DNA of 64,000 bases from Candidatus Nomurabacteria bacterium (GTDB lineage: Bacteria; Patescibacteriota; Minisyncoccia; Phycocordibacterales; UBA10002). The position numbers and the translations under genes are program-made. The stretch is from assembly GCA_943354745.1 (NCBI GenBank), contig CALRDB010000001.1:203-64202 (forward strand), read 5' to 3'. Positions 1 to 7,931 of the stretch are shown in pieces (positions within the stretch are counted from its first letter, which is position 1; each line of letters opens with the position of its first letter). The notes under the pieces are model-generated. The model searched no databases. It was not told the DNA's origin and was given only the letters and a program-made list of their open reading frames with translations.

Positions 1-1
1 T

Positions 2-889
2 GGAACAACGTGGGTGTATAAACCACAGATATATGTAAGTGCGCTTGTTCCCCTAAAAGGGGTTGCGGGAGCTCCGGTATTGTTCGATGCGGTCGCGGTC
101 GGCTTGAAAAAGGAGCCCTTACCAAATGCAAAATATCTTTGGAGTTTTGGTGACGGAGGAACTGCGGAAGGGAAGAAACTTTCTCATACGTATCACTATC
201 CTGCCACCTACACGGTTTTAGTCGATGCTTCGTCTGGAGAATGGAGCGCTATGGATAGAAAGGAGATTATGATTCTTGATCCTGAGCTGGTTATCTCGAA
301 TATTAAAGAAGGTGGAGATGGGTTCATTGAGATACAAAATGAAGGGAAAAATGAAATTGATCTTTCTCTCTGGCTCTTAAAAACGAGTTCGGGTTTGTTT
401 ACGATTCCACAAGGTACGGTCATAGGTGCGAGAAAAGTAATTCCTTTTCCAGCCGCGATTACTCATCTCTTAGCGGATGCGGGGAATATCGCTCTACTAT
501 ACCCAAACGGGAATTTTGTGGTTGCTTATGTGGAAAAACAAAATACTTTGGAACCCGCACCTGTCAGGAGACAAGAATCTCAAGTTATTTTGATGTCGAC
601 ACCCAAAGAAGTTGAACCTAAAAAGTCGGTTTCTGTCCCTCCATCAAAACCAGCAGAAAAAGAGTCGATTGCTCCGGCCATGTATGTTCCTCCTGTCGCT
701 TCAAGTACAGAGCTCATCGGGGCCGTGGGGGCGGTGGATGGTCGTGGTATGATGCCCTGGCTAGGAGGAGTAGGGGTGCTTCTTGTTGTCGCTGTGGGAG
801 GGTACCTACTGATGCTTCGCCCTAAGCCGGAACAGAGCCCTGCGGATATACTAAGGAGGGAAGCGGCGAAGTTCGATATCATTGAGTAA
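2..889 (+). CDS. Cell-surface protein, 5'-partial: PKD domain, Pro/Ser/Lys-rich linker, C-terminal transmembrane anchor
   Basis: The reading frame is open back to the window edge and the first internal start is GTG at 14. It carries a PKD signature (WSFGDGGTAEGKKLSHTYHYPATYTVLV), a low-complexity stalk (PKEVEPKKSVSVPPSKPAEKESIAPAMYVPPVASS) and a hydrophobic C-terminal helix (GVGVLLVVAVGGYLLML) followed by basic residues. Confidence 0.6.
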   Translation, partial: GTTWVYKPQIYVSALVPLKGVAGAPVLFDAVAVGLKKEPLPNAKYLWSFGDGGTAEGKKLSHTYHYPATYTVLVDASSGEWSAMDRKEIMILDPELVISNIKEGGDGFIEIQNEGKNEIDLSLWLLKTSSGLFTIPQGTVIGARKVIPFPAAITHLLADAGNIALLYPNGNFVVAYVEKQNTLEPAPVRRQESQVILMSTPKEVEPKKSVSVPPSKPAEKESIAPAMYVPPVASSTELIGAVGAVDGRGMMPWLGGVGVLLVVAVGGYLLMLRPKPEQSPADILRREAAKFDIIE

Positions 890-939
890 CACGAATGCAA
901 CGAATTATCATGCGAATGCTACTAATCCACAAATCCTGT

Positions 940-983
940 ATCTTTTCTTCAGTCGCATATTCGCATAATTCGTATGTTCGTAT
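940..983 (+). promoter_or_regulatory. Tandem TCG(C/T)ATA repeats directly upstream of a GT4 gene; 19-bp inverted partner at 2812-2830
   Basis: The sequence tcgcatattcgcataattcgtatgttcgtat sits immediately before the ATG at 984, and cataattcgtatgttcgta matches the reverse complement of 2812-2830 at 18 of 19 positions. Confidence 0.35.
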
Positions 984-2111
984 ATGAAAAAGATTCTTAT
1001 TTTCACAACTGCCTATCTCCCGTTCGTCGGCGGAGCGGAGCTTGCGATCAAAGAGATAACCGATCGGTTGTCATCGAGCGAATTTTCGTTTGATTTAATC
1101 ACGCTCAATCTAGACGGAAAACAAAAGGCGGAAGAACAAATGGGGAATGTGCGAGTCATCCGGCTTTCATGCTCTAAAGTACTTTTTCCGTTTCGAGCGT
1201 CTTCTCGAGCGATAGTACTACATCGAGAAAAACCATATGATCGAATCTGGTCGGTGATGGCTTCCTACGGGGGATTCGCCGGACTATTTTTCAAGCATCA
1301 TTTCCCGAAAGTCCCCTTTATCCTCACCTTGCAAGAAGGCGATTCCTTCGCTCATATCTACCGACGCGTCTTTTTCATCTGGCCACTTTTCAAAATGATT
1401 TTTACTAGGGCTGACCATATTACCGCTATTTCAAATTACTTGGCCGATTGGGCAAGGAGAATGGGTGCAACCTGTCCTGTTGAGGTGATACCGAATGGGG
1501 TATCAATCAAGAATTTCGAGTATCAAATCTCGAATATCGAAAAAGAAGAAATAAAAGAGAAATTAAATATAAAACCAGAAGATAAAGTCATTATTACCAC
1601 CTCTCGGCTCGTGGAGAAGAATGGGGTGGGGGATTTGATTGAGTCGATGCGATATCTTCCCGAAAATGTAAAACTTATTATTTGTGGTTCTGGTTCTCTT
1701 GAAAAAAGCTATAAGTTAAAAGCTATAAGCTATAAGCTGGAAAACCGTACTCGGTTTATCGGTTTTGTGCCACATAGCGAACTTCCACAATACCTTCACG
1801 CTTCTGACATCTTCTGTCGCCCGTCGCTCTCCGAAGGTATGGGGAGTTCATTTGTAGAAGCGATGGCGGCGGGGCTTCCTGTTATCGCGACGCGCGTCGG
1901 CGGTATACCTGATTTTCTCAAGGATGGCGAGACGGGCCTCTTTTGTGAGGTACAAAATCCAAAAAGTATCGCCGAAAAAGTAACTCTGCTCTTGTCGGAT
2001 ACGGCACTTAGGGTCAAAATTATTGCCAACGCTTCCGCCCTAGTTCGGGAGGATTACGACTGGGATTTTATCGCGGGAAAGATGGAAAATGCCTTTGTTG
2101 ACAAAGAATAA
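984..2111 (+). CDS. Glycosyltransferase, GT4 family
   Basis: It has the GT-B retaining signature SEGMGSSFVEAMAAGLPVIATRVGGIPDFLKDGETGLF (E-X7-E). It also contains an internal short tandem repeat (gctataag) at 1706-1740. Confidence 0.8.
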   Translation: MKKILIFTTAYLPFVGGAELAIKEITDRLSSSEFSFDLITLNLDGKQKAEEQMGNVRVIRLSCSKVLFPFRASSRAIVLHREKPYDRIWSVMASYGGFAGLFFKHHFPKVPFILTLQEGDSFAHIYRRVFFIWPLFKMIFTRADHITAISNYLADWARRMGATCPVEVIPNGVSIKNFEYQISNIEKEEIKEKLNIKPEDKVIITTSRLVEKNGVGDLIESMRYLPENVKLIICGSGSLEKSYKLKAISYKLENRTRFIGFVPHSELPQYLHASDIFCRPSLSEGMGSSFVEAMAAGLPVIATRVGGIPDFLKDGETGLFCEVQNPKSIAEKVTLLLSDTALRVKIIANASALVREDYDWDFIAGKMENAFVDKE

Positions 2112-2224
2112 GGAAACCGTACTATATGAGTATGCAGAAGCATACAGTCATGAACGTTGTGCCGCCGGCGACCGCCCTCTAATCGGGTTGGTTGTTTCTT
2201 CGTATCCTTTGAGAACTTAGAAAA

Positions 2225-2250
2225 ACTGCCCCGATCGGGGTGGTTTTTTG
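2225..2250 (+). terminator. Intrinsic terminator
   Basis: ctgCCCCGATCGGGGtgg is a GC-rich palindromic stem followed by TTTTTTG, lying downstream of the GT4 gene. Confidence 0.55.
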
Positions 2251-2408
2251 TTATAACTTCCATAATCGGCGCATTTCTTTGTTGCTTCGCTCGTTTGCTC
2301 CCGCAATGTATAAAGCATACATTTTGGTCGCAAGTCTCACTCGCATCTCGAACTGCATCCGATTTTGAAAGTTCTAATGTATCGCTTTATCAAGTTAATC
2401 AATAACAT

Positions 2409-2744
2409 ATGGAAACAATATCGTGGAAAGAGTTTGAGAAAGTAGAGCTTCGGGTGGGGACGATTATGACCGTGGAAGATTTTCCCGAAGCGAGAAAGCC
2501 TGCGTATAAGCTGACAATAGACTTCGGCGAGTTCGGTGTTAAGAAATCAAGCGCGCAAATTACCAAGCATTACAAGAAGGCGGAGCTTATCGGGAAGCAG
2601 GTTGTCGGGGTTATCAACTTTCCTCCTAAGCAAATCGGACCCTTCATTTCAGAATGTCTGACGACCGGCTTCGCGGATGAAAATGGTGATGTAGTGCTCA
2701 CGATGCCAGAGCGACACGTTCCTAATGGCTCAAAGATGTTCTAA
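2409..2744 (+). CDS. tRNA-binding protein (CsaA/Myf-domain family)
   Basis: It is 111 aa with an OB-fold tRNA-binding domain pattern ([31 protein letters not shown]...[21 protein letters not shown]). Confidence 0.65.
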   Translation: METISWKEFEKVELRVGTIMTVEDFPEARKPAYKLTIDFGEFGVKKSSAQITKHYKKAELIGKQVVGVINFPPKQIGPFISECLTTGFADENGDVVLTMPERHVPNGSKMF

Positions 2745-2914
2745 ACAATACGCATACATACGGCCTGCTGGCCTTTAGTATTTCGTCGCCTTCGCGCCTC
2801 AATTACAAACCCGTACGAATATACGAATTATGAAGAGTAGAAATAAATACAGCAACATAGTGCCGCCACCGTCTCCGAACCCATAACTCCGGAGCAGATT
2901 TTTTGCACATAAAA

Positions 2915-2950
2915 ACGCTCCGGTTTCGGGGCGTTTTTAATTTTCCTGTG
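2915..2950 (+). terminator. Intrinsic terminator
   Basis: AAAACGCTCCGG-TTT-CGGGGCGTTTTTAATTTT forms an 8-bp stem with one G-U pair plus a T-run. Confidence 0.55.
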
Positions 2951-3040
2951 AGAGTTCGAAGTGCTGCGGATTTTCATAGGAGCGGTAACTACACCCTCCG
3001 AAATCGCATAGTGCGATGCAGAGTTCGTTAACAACTACAT

Positions 3041-3865
3041 ATGCCTATGATACACATCAAAAACAACCTCCTTGTGATAAAGGAAGGCACCGAAAGTCTC
3101 CGAAACGGAGGACAACATCTTGACCCGGCAGTCGCTGATGATACCGTGTCACAAATCGCCGAACTGTGGGAGCGGGGAATAGTAACGGTACTCGTCACTT
3201 CCGGCGCCATAGCGATGGGCCGTTCGCACTGCCAGTCTCATTGGAGAGACGACCGTCCTTTTACAAAGAGCGCCCTCGCGAGTATTGGTGCGTGGCCTCT
3301 TCTCTCGTACTGGGGAAATGCCTTTCTCAAGTACAACTTGCTTATCGGGCAAGGCTGGGTCACCTACGCTTCGCTCAATAACATGTGGGAGCGTGGGATG
3401 TTCGTCAAAGGAGTGCGTACACTTCTTGGTTTGCGCACGGTTCCGGTCATAGACGAAAATGATTTTCTCGCCGACGAAGAGATTCGCGCGCTTGAAAAAG
3501 GTTTCGGAGATAACGACAGTCTCGCGTTCAGAGTAGCCATCCATATACAGGCAGGAGCGATTCTGTTCATTTCGGATACCGACGGCTTCTACACGGAGGA
3601 TCCGAAGCTGAATCCAGAAGCGAGGCGATACAAAACCATCAACGCACGCCGTATCCCAGCTCATCTCATGGAAGGACGTACAGCTGACGGTGTATCGCGA
3701 GGAGGTGTACAGTCAAAAATCCTTTCTGCGGCAAAATGTGCGAAAAATGGCATGTATGTCGGCGTTTCCCGCCAGTCTGTGGGGAAGCGGACGATTGTAG
3801 GCTTCATGGAAGGAAAAACGACGGGGACGTTTGTAAGGGCGCGTGGCAACACGACGCTTGCGTAG
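3041..3865 (+). CDS. proB: Glutamate 5-kinase, short form without PUA domain
   Basis: It has amino-acid-kinase family motifs that align to ProB: VLVTSGAIAMGRSH, VPVIDENDFLADEEI, GDNDSLAFRVA, FISDTDGFYTEDPKLNPEA and GGVQSKILSAAKCAKNG. Confidence 0.7.
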   Translation: MPMIHIKNNLLVIKEGTESLRNGGQHLDPAVADDTVSQIAELWERGIVTVLVTSGAIAMGRSHCQSHWRDDRPFTKSALASIGAWPLLSYWGNAFLKYNLLIGQGWVTYASLNNMWERGMFVKGVRTLLGLRTVPVIDENDFLADEEIRALEKGFGDNDSLAFRVAIHIQAGAILFISDTDGFYTEDPKLNPEARRYKTINARRIPAHLMEGRTADGVSRGGVQSKILSAAKCAKNGMYVGVSRQSVGKRTIVGFMEGKTTGTFVRARGNTTLA

Positions 3866-3867
3866 TT

Positions 3868-3903
3868 ATCAGGGGCTGTCCTAACGGATAGCCCTTTTTA
3901 TTT
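3868..3903 (+). terminator. Intrinsic terminator, followed by a TGTTATAGT promoter-like box
   Basis: GGGGCTGTCC-TAAC-GGATAGCCC is followed by TTTTTATTTGTTATAGT. Confidence 0.55.
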
Positions 3904-3914
3904 GTTATAGTAAA

Positions 3915-4006
3915 GACACGGAATCGACACAGAAGAAGAACACGGAACGGGACGGAACCATTCCGAGTCAGTTCCGTGTTGGCTTCGTTCCGCGTAAGTT
4001 CCGTGG
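3915..4006 (+). promoter_or_regulatory. Cluster of six CRCGGAAC / GTTCCGYG half-sites in an extended imperfect palindrome upstream of a GT4 gene
   Basis: CACGGAAT, CACGGAAC and GACGGAAC are followed by GTTCCGTG, GTTCCGCG and GTTCCGTG, arranged roughly symmetrically about position 3965, and the ATG is at 4013. Confidence 0.4.
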
Positions 4007-4012
4007 TTTTTT

Positions 4013-5050
4013 ATGAAAATACTTATCGCTACAGGCATTTATCCACCCGACATTGGAGGACCGGCGCAGTACGCGCGGGGAGTAGAGGAAGCGTGGAAGA
4101 AAGAAGGGCACAGTGTGAAAGTGCTCGCCTTTCGGTTTGAGCGGAGACTCCCAACGGGCGTACGGCATTTGTACTATTTTTTGCGTGTACTTTTCTCACT
4201 CCGTGGTGTTGATTTCGTCTTTTCTCCCGATACCTTTAGCGCCGCTTTGCCTGCGCTTCTCGCGTGCAAACTTTTTGGGAAGAAGATCATTATTCGAACC
4301 GGCGGAGATTTCCTGTGGGAATCGTATGTAGAGCGAACGGGGGATTTGGTGCTCCTGAAAGATTTTTATACGACAAGTGTAAACAAGTTTAATAGGAAAG
4401 AACGGATAGTTTTTGCCTTACTCAAATTTTTGTTCCGTCACGTGGGCGCCATTATTTTCAGTACGGCATGGCAGAAAGATATTTTTGAGAAGCCGTACGG
4501 GCTTGATGTGAAGAAATGCTGTATCGTTGAGAACTTTTACGGTCGTCAAGAACATTCCAACATTCTCAAGAATGTTGGAATGTCGGAGAAGGTGTTTGTG
4601 GGAGGGACGAGAGAATTGCATTGGAAGAATCTTCCACGAGTCGAAGAAGCATTTAAACGTGTACAAGAAAAGGACACGTCAATTACGTTTCATCTGCAAA
4701 CCAGCGACCGAGCGAAATTCTTGGAGGATATACAGTCCAGCTATGCGGTTATCATCGCCTCTCTTGGTGATATTTCACCCAACACGATCTTGGAAGCAAT
4801 TTCATTCGGTAAGCCATTTATTCTGACGCGCGAGACCGGACTGTATGAAAAATTGAAAGACATCGGCGTGTGGGTGAATCCCGAAGACGTGAACGATATT
4901 GCAGAGAAGATATCGTGGCTTTTAGATGAGAAAAATTACGCGGAGCAGTGTAAGAAAATAACGGGATTTACTTTTACGCACAGCTACGAGCAAATCGCAG
5001 ACGAACTACTGGAGATACATAGCAAGTTGCGGCAGTACGGTGTACGGTAG
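4013..5050 (+). CDS. Glycosyltransferase, GT4-like
   Basis: It has an N-terminal GT-B signature (MKILIATGIYPPDIGGPAQYA) and a C-terminal nucleotide-sugar binding half. Confidence 0.7.
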   Translation: MKILIATGIYPPDIGGPAQYARGVEEAWKKEGHSVKVLAFRFERRLPTGVRHLYYFLRVLFSLRGVDFVFSPDTFSAALPALLACKLFGKKIIIRTGGDFLWESYVERTGDLVLLKDFYTTSVNKFNRKERIVFALLKFLFRHVGAIIFSTAWQKDIFEKPYGLDVKKCCIVENFYGRQEHSNILKNVGMSEKVFVGGTRELHWKNLPRVEEAFKRVQEKDTSITFHLQTSDRAKFLEDIQSSYAVIIASLGDISPNTILEAISFGKPFILTRETGLYEKLKDIGVWVNPEDVNDIAEKISWLLDEKNYAEQCKKITGFTFTHSYEQIADELLEIHSKLRQYGVR

Positions 5051-5121
5051 TGCCACGCGTTACATCAAACGTCGGTCGATGCGCGTTGCGCCACCGAATA
5101 ACGAGTTACGATTCTAAAAAT

Positions 5122-6249
5122 ATGCGCGTATTAAATCTTAGTTTAGACAGTCAGGTTTTAGAGAAAGACTCCGCCGTACAGCGAAGGCTTCTTGCGTTTG
5201 CCGAGAAGATTGGCAATACAACCCCCGCCCTCGCCGACTCGGGCACCCCCTTTAATAAGGGGGAACTTACCGTTTTTGTTCCTGCCGGACGAAGCACCGT
5301 AGAGTCACTTTCACCGAATCTGACAGTGCAGGGTTTTGGGGGTCCGAAACTGTTTCAATTTTTTAGAATGTGGAGCAGGGCAGTAGAGGAAGTGAAAAAG
5401 AACCGATACGATTTGATTACCGTACAAGATTCCTTTTTCCTTGGATTTCTTGGAGTACAGCTCGGAGAAAAGTGTAAGATTCCTGTGGAAATACAGGTGC
5501 ATGGGTTTGAGAAGATGGTTGGCGGAAGGAAACAACTCGCACGTTTCGTGCTAGGAAAGGCGACGAAAATTCGTGTGGTGAGCGAGAGATTGAAAAGGGA
5601 ACTGAACTCCATATTCCATATCCCGCACTCCAAAATGTATGTTCTTCCTGTGTATACGCAGATAGATACCACGCAACGAATCTCAAAACGGAAAACCGTT
5701 CCATATCCCTTCACCTTTCTCATGGTTGGACGGCTCGTGGCCGTGAAGAACATTGGTTTGCAAATACGAGCAATAGCTGAACTCATAAAACAGATACCGC
5801 ACGTTCGTTTAGTTATCGTCGGTGATGGACCGGAGAAGGCAAGTCTAAAGTTGCAAGTTAACAGTCTAAAGTTAGAAGATAAGATATTGTTTGAGGGCAG
5901 ACAAGAAAATGTAAGCACGTACTACGGAGAAGCCGATGCGTTTTTGCTTACTTCCGACTATGAAGGATGGGGGCGTGTCGTACTCGAGGCAGCAGCCAAT
6001 AAACTCCCAAGTATCATGACCGATGTTGGGCTAGCCCAGGAAGTGATAAAAAACAATGAGAACGGATTTGTTATTTCTGTCGGTGACCAGTCTGAACTCG
6101 TACTTGCCATGAAAGAACTTATCGATAAGCCGGAACTTCGTGAACGACTTGGCGAAGCGGCGCTCCGTACGTTTAGGTCACTCCCTACTCAAGAAGTACA
6201 GATTCAGAAACAAGTTACTGAGTGGCAAACGCTTATAAGCAGAAAATAG
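5122..6249 (+). CDS. Glycosyltransferase, GT4 family
   Basis: I place the start at MRVLNLSLD; the ORF listed from 5050 is an upstream extension lacking an in-frame stop. It has the E-X7-E region EGWGRVVLEAAANKLPSIMTDVGLAQEVIKNNENGFV. Confidence 0.75.
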   Translation: MRVLNLSLDSQVLEKDSAVQRRLLAFAEKIGNTTPALADSGTPFNKGELTVFVPAGRSTVESLSPNLTVQGFGGPKLFQFFRMWSRAVEEVKKNRYDLITVQDSFFLGFLGVQLGEKCKIPVEIQVHGFEKMVGGRKQLARFVLGKATKIRVVSERLKRELNSIFHIPHSKMYVLPVYTQIDTTQRISKRKTVPYPFTFLMVGRLVAVKNIGLQIRAIAELIKQIPHVRLVIVGDGPEKASLKLQVNSLKLEDKILFEGRQENVSTYYGEADAFLLTSDYEGWGRVVLEAAANKLPSIMTDVGLAQEVIKNNENGFVISVGDQSELVLAMKELIDKPELRERLGEAALRTFRSLPTQEVQIQKQVTEWQTLISRK

Positions 6250-6250
6250 G

Positions 6251-6335
6251 TACGATCGTACCTATTTTCTTGCCACTCTCATTTAAGCAATAGTATACGG
6301 CCGTACACTATTGCTTAGTGGTAAAGAAAATGTGG
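6251..6335. repeat. Two long perfect or near-perfect palindromes in an intergenic region
   Basis: GGTACGATCGTACC is a 14-bp perfect palindrome, and AAGCAATAGTATACGG/CCGTACACTATTGCTT is a 32-bp palindrome with one mismatch. Confidence 0.5.
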
Positions 6336-6394
6336 TGGCTAACATAGCCTCTCCTTTTTCGGTTCAAGTTGTACAGCCCTTAATTTAAGGTAAA

Positions 6395-7309
6395 ATGAAC
6401 GCCATTATGCACATGGGGAAAAGAGAGTCTTCGAAACCACTTATTGGGTTTGTCGGACAAGGATTCATCGGCAAGAACTATGCCGATGATTTTGAGAAGC
6501 GCGGATTTACCGTGACGCGGTACGCCATGGAGGAACCGTACCGACAGAACAAGGAAAAAATTAAAGCGTGCGATATTGTCTTTATTGCGGTGCCGACTCC
6601 AACCACTACAGACGGGTATGACTACTCAATCATTGAAAAAGTGCTTCCGCTTATCGGCAAGGGAAAGATAGCGGTGATCAAATCGACGATGCTTCCGGGG
6701 ACTACTGAAGAACTCCAAAAACTTTTTCCCGATATTTTTGTCTTTCATTCGCCGGAGTTTTTACGCGAAAAAACCGCTTCGTACGATGCGGCACATCCTG
6801 ATCGAAACATCATTGGTGTTCCTGTCGAAAACAGCAAGACTCGTGATGCAGCGAAGAAGGTGCTCTCGGTCTTACCTAAGGCTCCGTTTGAGGCAGTACT
6901 GTCCTCTGCTGAGGCCGAACTGGTGAAATATGGAGGGAATGATTTCTTCTATGTGAAAGTTGTCTACATCAATATGCTCTATGATGTAGCGAAAAAGCTT
7001 GGCTGTCGCTGGCAGCAGGTTCGTGATGCGATGATGGCCGATCCTCGTATTGGGCCTTCTCATATGGACCCGGTACACAAAAGCGGACATCTTACGGACA
7101 CTGATGAAGGCGGGCGGGGAGCTGGAGGGCATTGCTTCATTAAAGATTTCGCCGCTTTCACGTTACTCTACGAAAAACTGGTCGGAGATAAAACAGGTAT
7201 TGATGTGCTGCATGCCTTTGTTGAAAAGAACAATGAGCTTCTACGAGCAAGTGGGAAAGACCTTGATTTGTTAGAAGGAGTATATGGAAAAAAAATGAAA
7301 CGTTCGTAA
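6395..7309 (+). CDS. UDP-glucose/GDP-mannose dehydrogenase family protein that appears C-terminally truncated and may be a pseudogene
   Basis: It has the NAD-binding motifs GFVGQGFIGKNYA, ACDIVFIAVPTP and KSTMLPGTTE and the catalytic Cys motif GGHCFIKDFAA. The ORF stops about 55 aa after that Cys, and no UDP-binding domain follows in any frame before the AT-rich spacer. Confidence 0.55.
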   Translation: MNAIMHMGKRESSKPLIGFVGQGFIGKNYADDFEKRGFTVTRYAMEEPYRQNKEKIKACDIVFIAVPTPTTTDGYDYSIIEKVLPLIGKGKIAVIKSTMLPGTTEELQKLFPDIFVFHSPEFLREKTASYDAAHPDRNIIGVPVENSKTRDAAKKVLSVLPKAPFEAVLSSAEAELVKYGGNDFFYVKVVYINMLYDVAKKLGCRWQQVRDAMMADPRIGPSHMDPVHKSGHLTDTDEGGRGAGGHCFIKDFAAFTLLYEKLVGDKTGIDVLHAFVEKNNELLRASGKDLDLLEGVYGKKMKRS

Positions 7310-7349
7310 TTACCAAGTCTCAATTATCAATTTTCAATCAATTTTTTAA

Positions 7350-7390
7350 TTCCTTACTTTTGAATCTCATAATTAGGAATTCTTTGAAAA
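7350..7390 (+). promoter_or_regulatory. AATTCCT ... AGGAATT inverted repeat (TTAGGAAT motif) upstream of the GtrA-like gene
   Basis: The sequence is taattccttacttttgaatctcataattaggaattc, and the same TTAGGAAT word recurs three times at 34716-34775. Confidence 0.35.
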
Positions 7391-7406
7391 GTGAAGATTT
7401 ATTTTT

Positions 7407-7883
7407 ATGATCCATTTACTGCGAACGTGGGAGGAAAAGTGTTTTAAAATATGTGATCGATACATACCTCGGTTTGCGCCACATCTCCGTAAACGGGCAC
7501 GATTTTTTCGGTATCTCGTCGCCGGAGGGACAGCAGCTTCGGTTGATTTCTTTTTTCTCTACACGTTTACCGAGAAGGTCGGATTACACTATCTCGTCTC
7601 GGCGGCTCTTGCCTTTGTGGCAGCATTTTGTGTGAGTTTCTTATTGCAAAAATTCTGGACGTTTCAAGACGACTCTATAGAGCGTGTTCATACGCAGGTC
7701 GCGCTGTACTTTATATTTGCTCTTATGAATCTTGGTATTAATACAGCACTCATGTACCTCTTTGTCGATGTTATGGAAATCTGGTATATGGGAGCGCAGT
7801 TCCTTGCTTCTGGTCTCATAGCCTTTGAAAGTTTCTTTATTGGTCGCTACTTCATCTTTACTAATAAGACAAGTACGACATAG
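7407..7883 (+). CDS. GtrA-family membrane protein (polyprenol-linked sugar translocation)
   Basis: It is 158 aa with four predicted transmembrane helices and RFxRYLVAGGTAASVDFFFLY, a GtrA-like signature. Confidence 0.6.
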   Translation: MIHLLRTWEEKCFKICDRYIPRFAPHLRKRARFFRYLVAGGTAASVDFFFLYTFTEKVGLHYLVSAALAFVAAFCVSFLLQKFWTFQDDSIERVHTQVALYFIFALMNLGINTALMYLFVDVMEIWYMGAQFLASGLIAFESFFIGRYFIFTNKTSTT

Positions 7884-7931
7884 GACTTTGCTGTTTCGTA
7901 TTCTCGTTTTGGTTTTGAAGCTTACTCCGGT

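Noticed and set aside
2828-3034. A 68-aa ORF on the - strand in the csaA-proB spacer.
   Set aside because: It spans a predicted + strand terminator and the 19-bp TTCGTAT repeat, has no domain signature, and is most likely non-coding.
3149-3664. Long antisense ORFs inside confidently assigned genes, for example 3149-3664(-), 5355-5918(-), 9034-9675(-), 11445-12098(-), 17100-17717(-), 40837-41343(-), 45700-46137(-) and 61729-62256(-).
   Set aside because: They are fully nested antisense to genes with strong family signatures, show no recognisable motifs, and their composition is consistent with reverse-strand artefacts.
3041-3865. Isopentenyl phosphate kinase (another amino-acid-kinase family member) as the identity of this ORF.
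   Set aside because: Its motifs (VTSGAIAMG, VIDENDF, GDNDSLA, DTDGFYTEDP) align much better with ProB glutamate 5-kinase than with the HGGGxFGH / DVTGGM pattern of isopentenyl phosphate kinase.
5050-5121. N-terminal extensions in the ORF track for several genes (5050, 13353, 33348, 50783, 54891).
   Set aside because: These extensions exist only because no in-frame stop separates them from the upstream gene. Conserved family N-termini start at internal Met codons (5122, 13500, 33396, 50912, 55110), and the extensions overlap the preceding gene.
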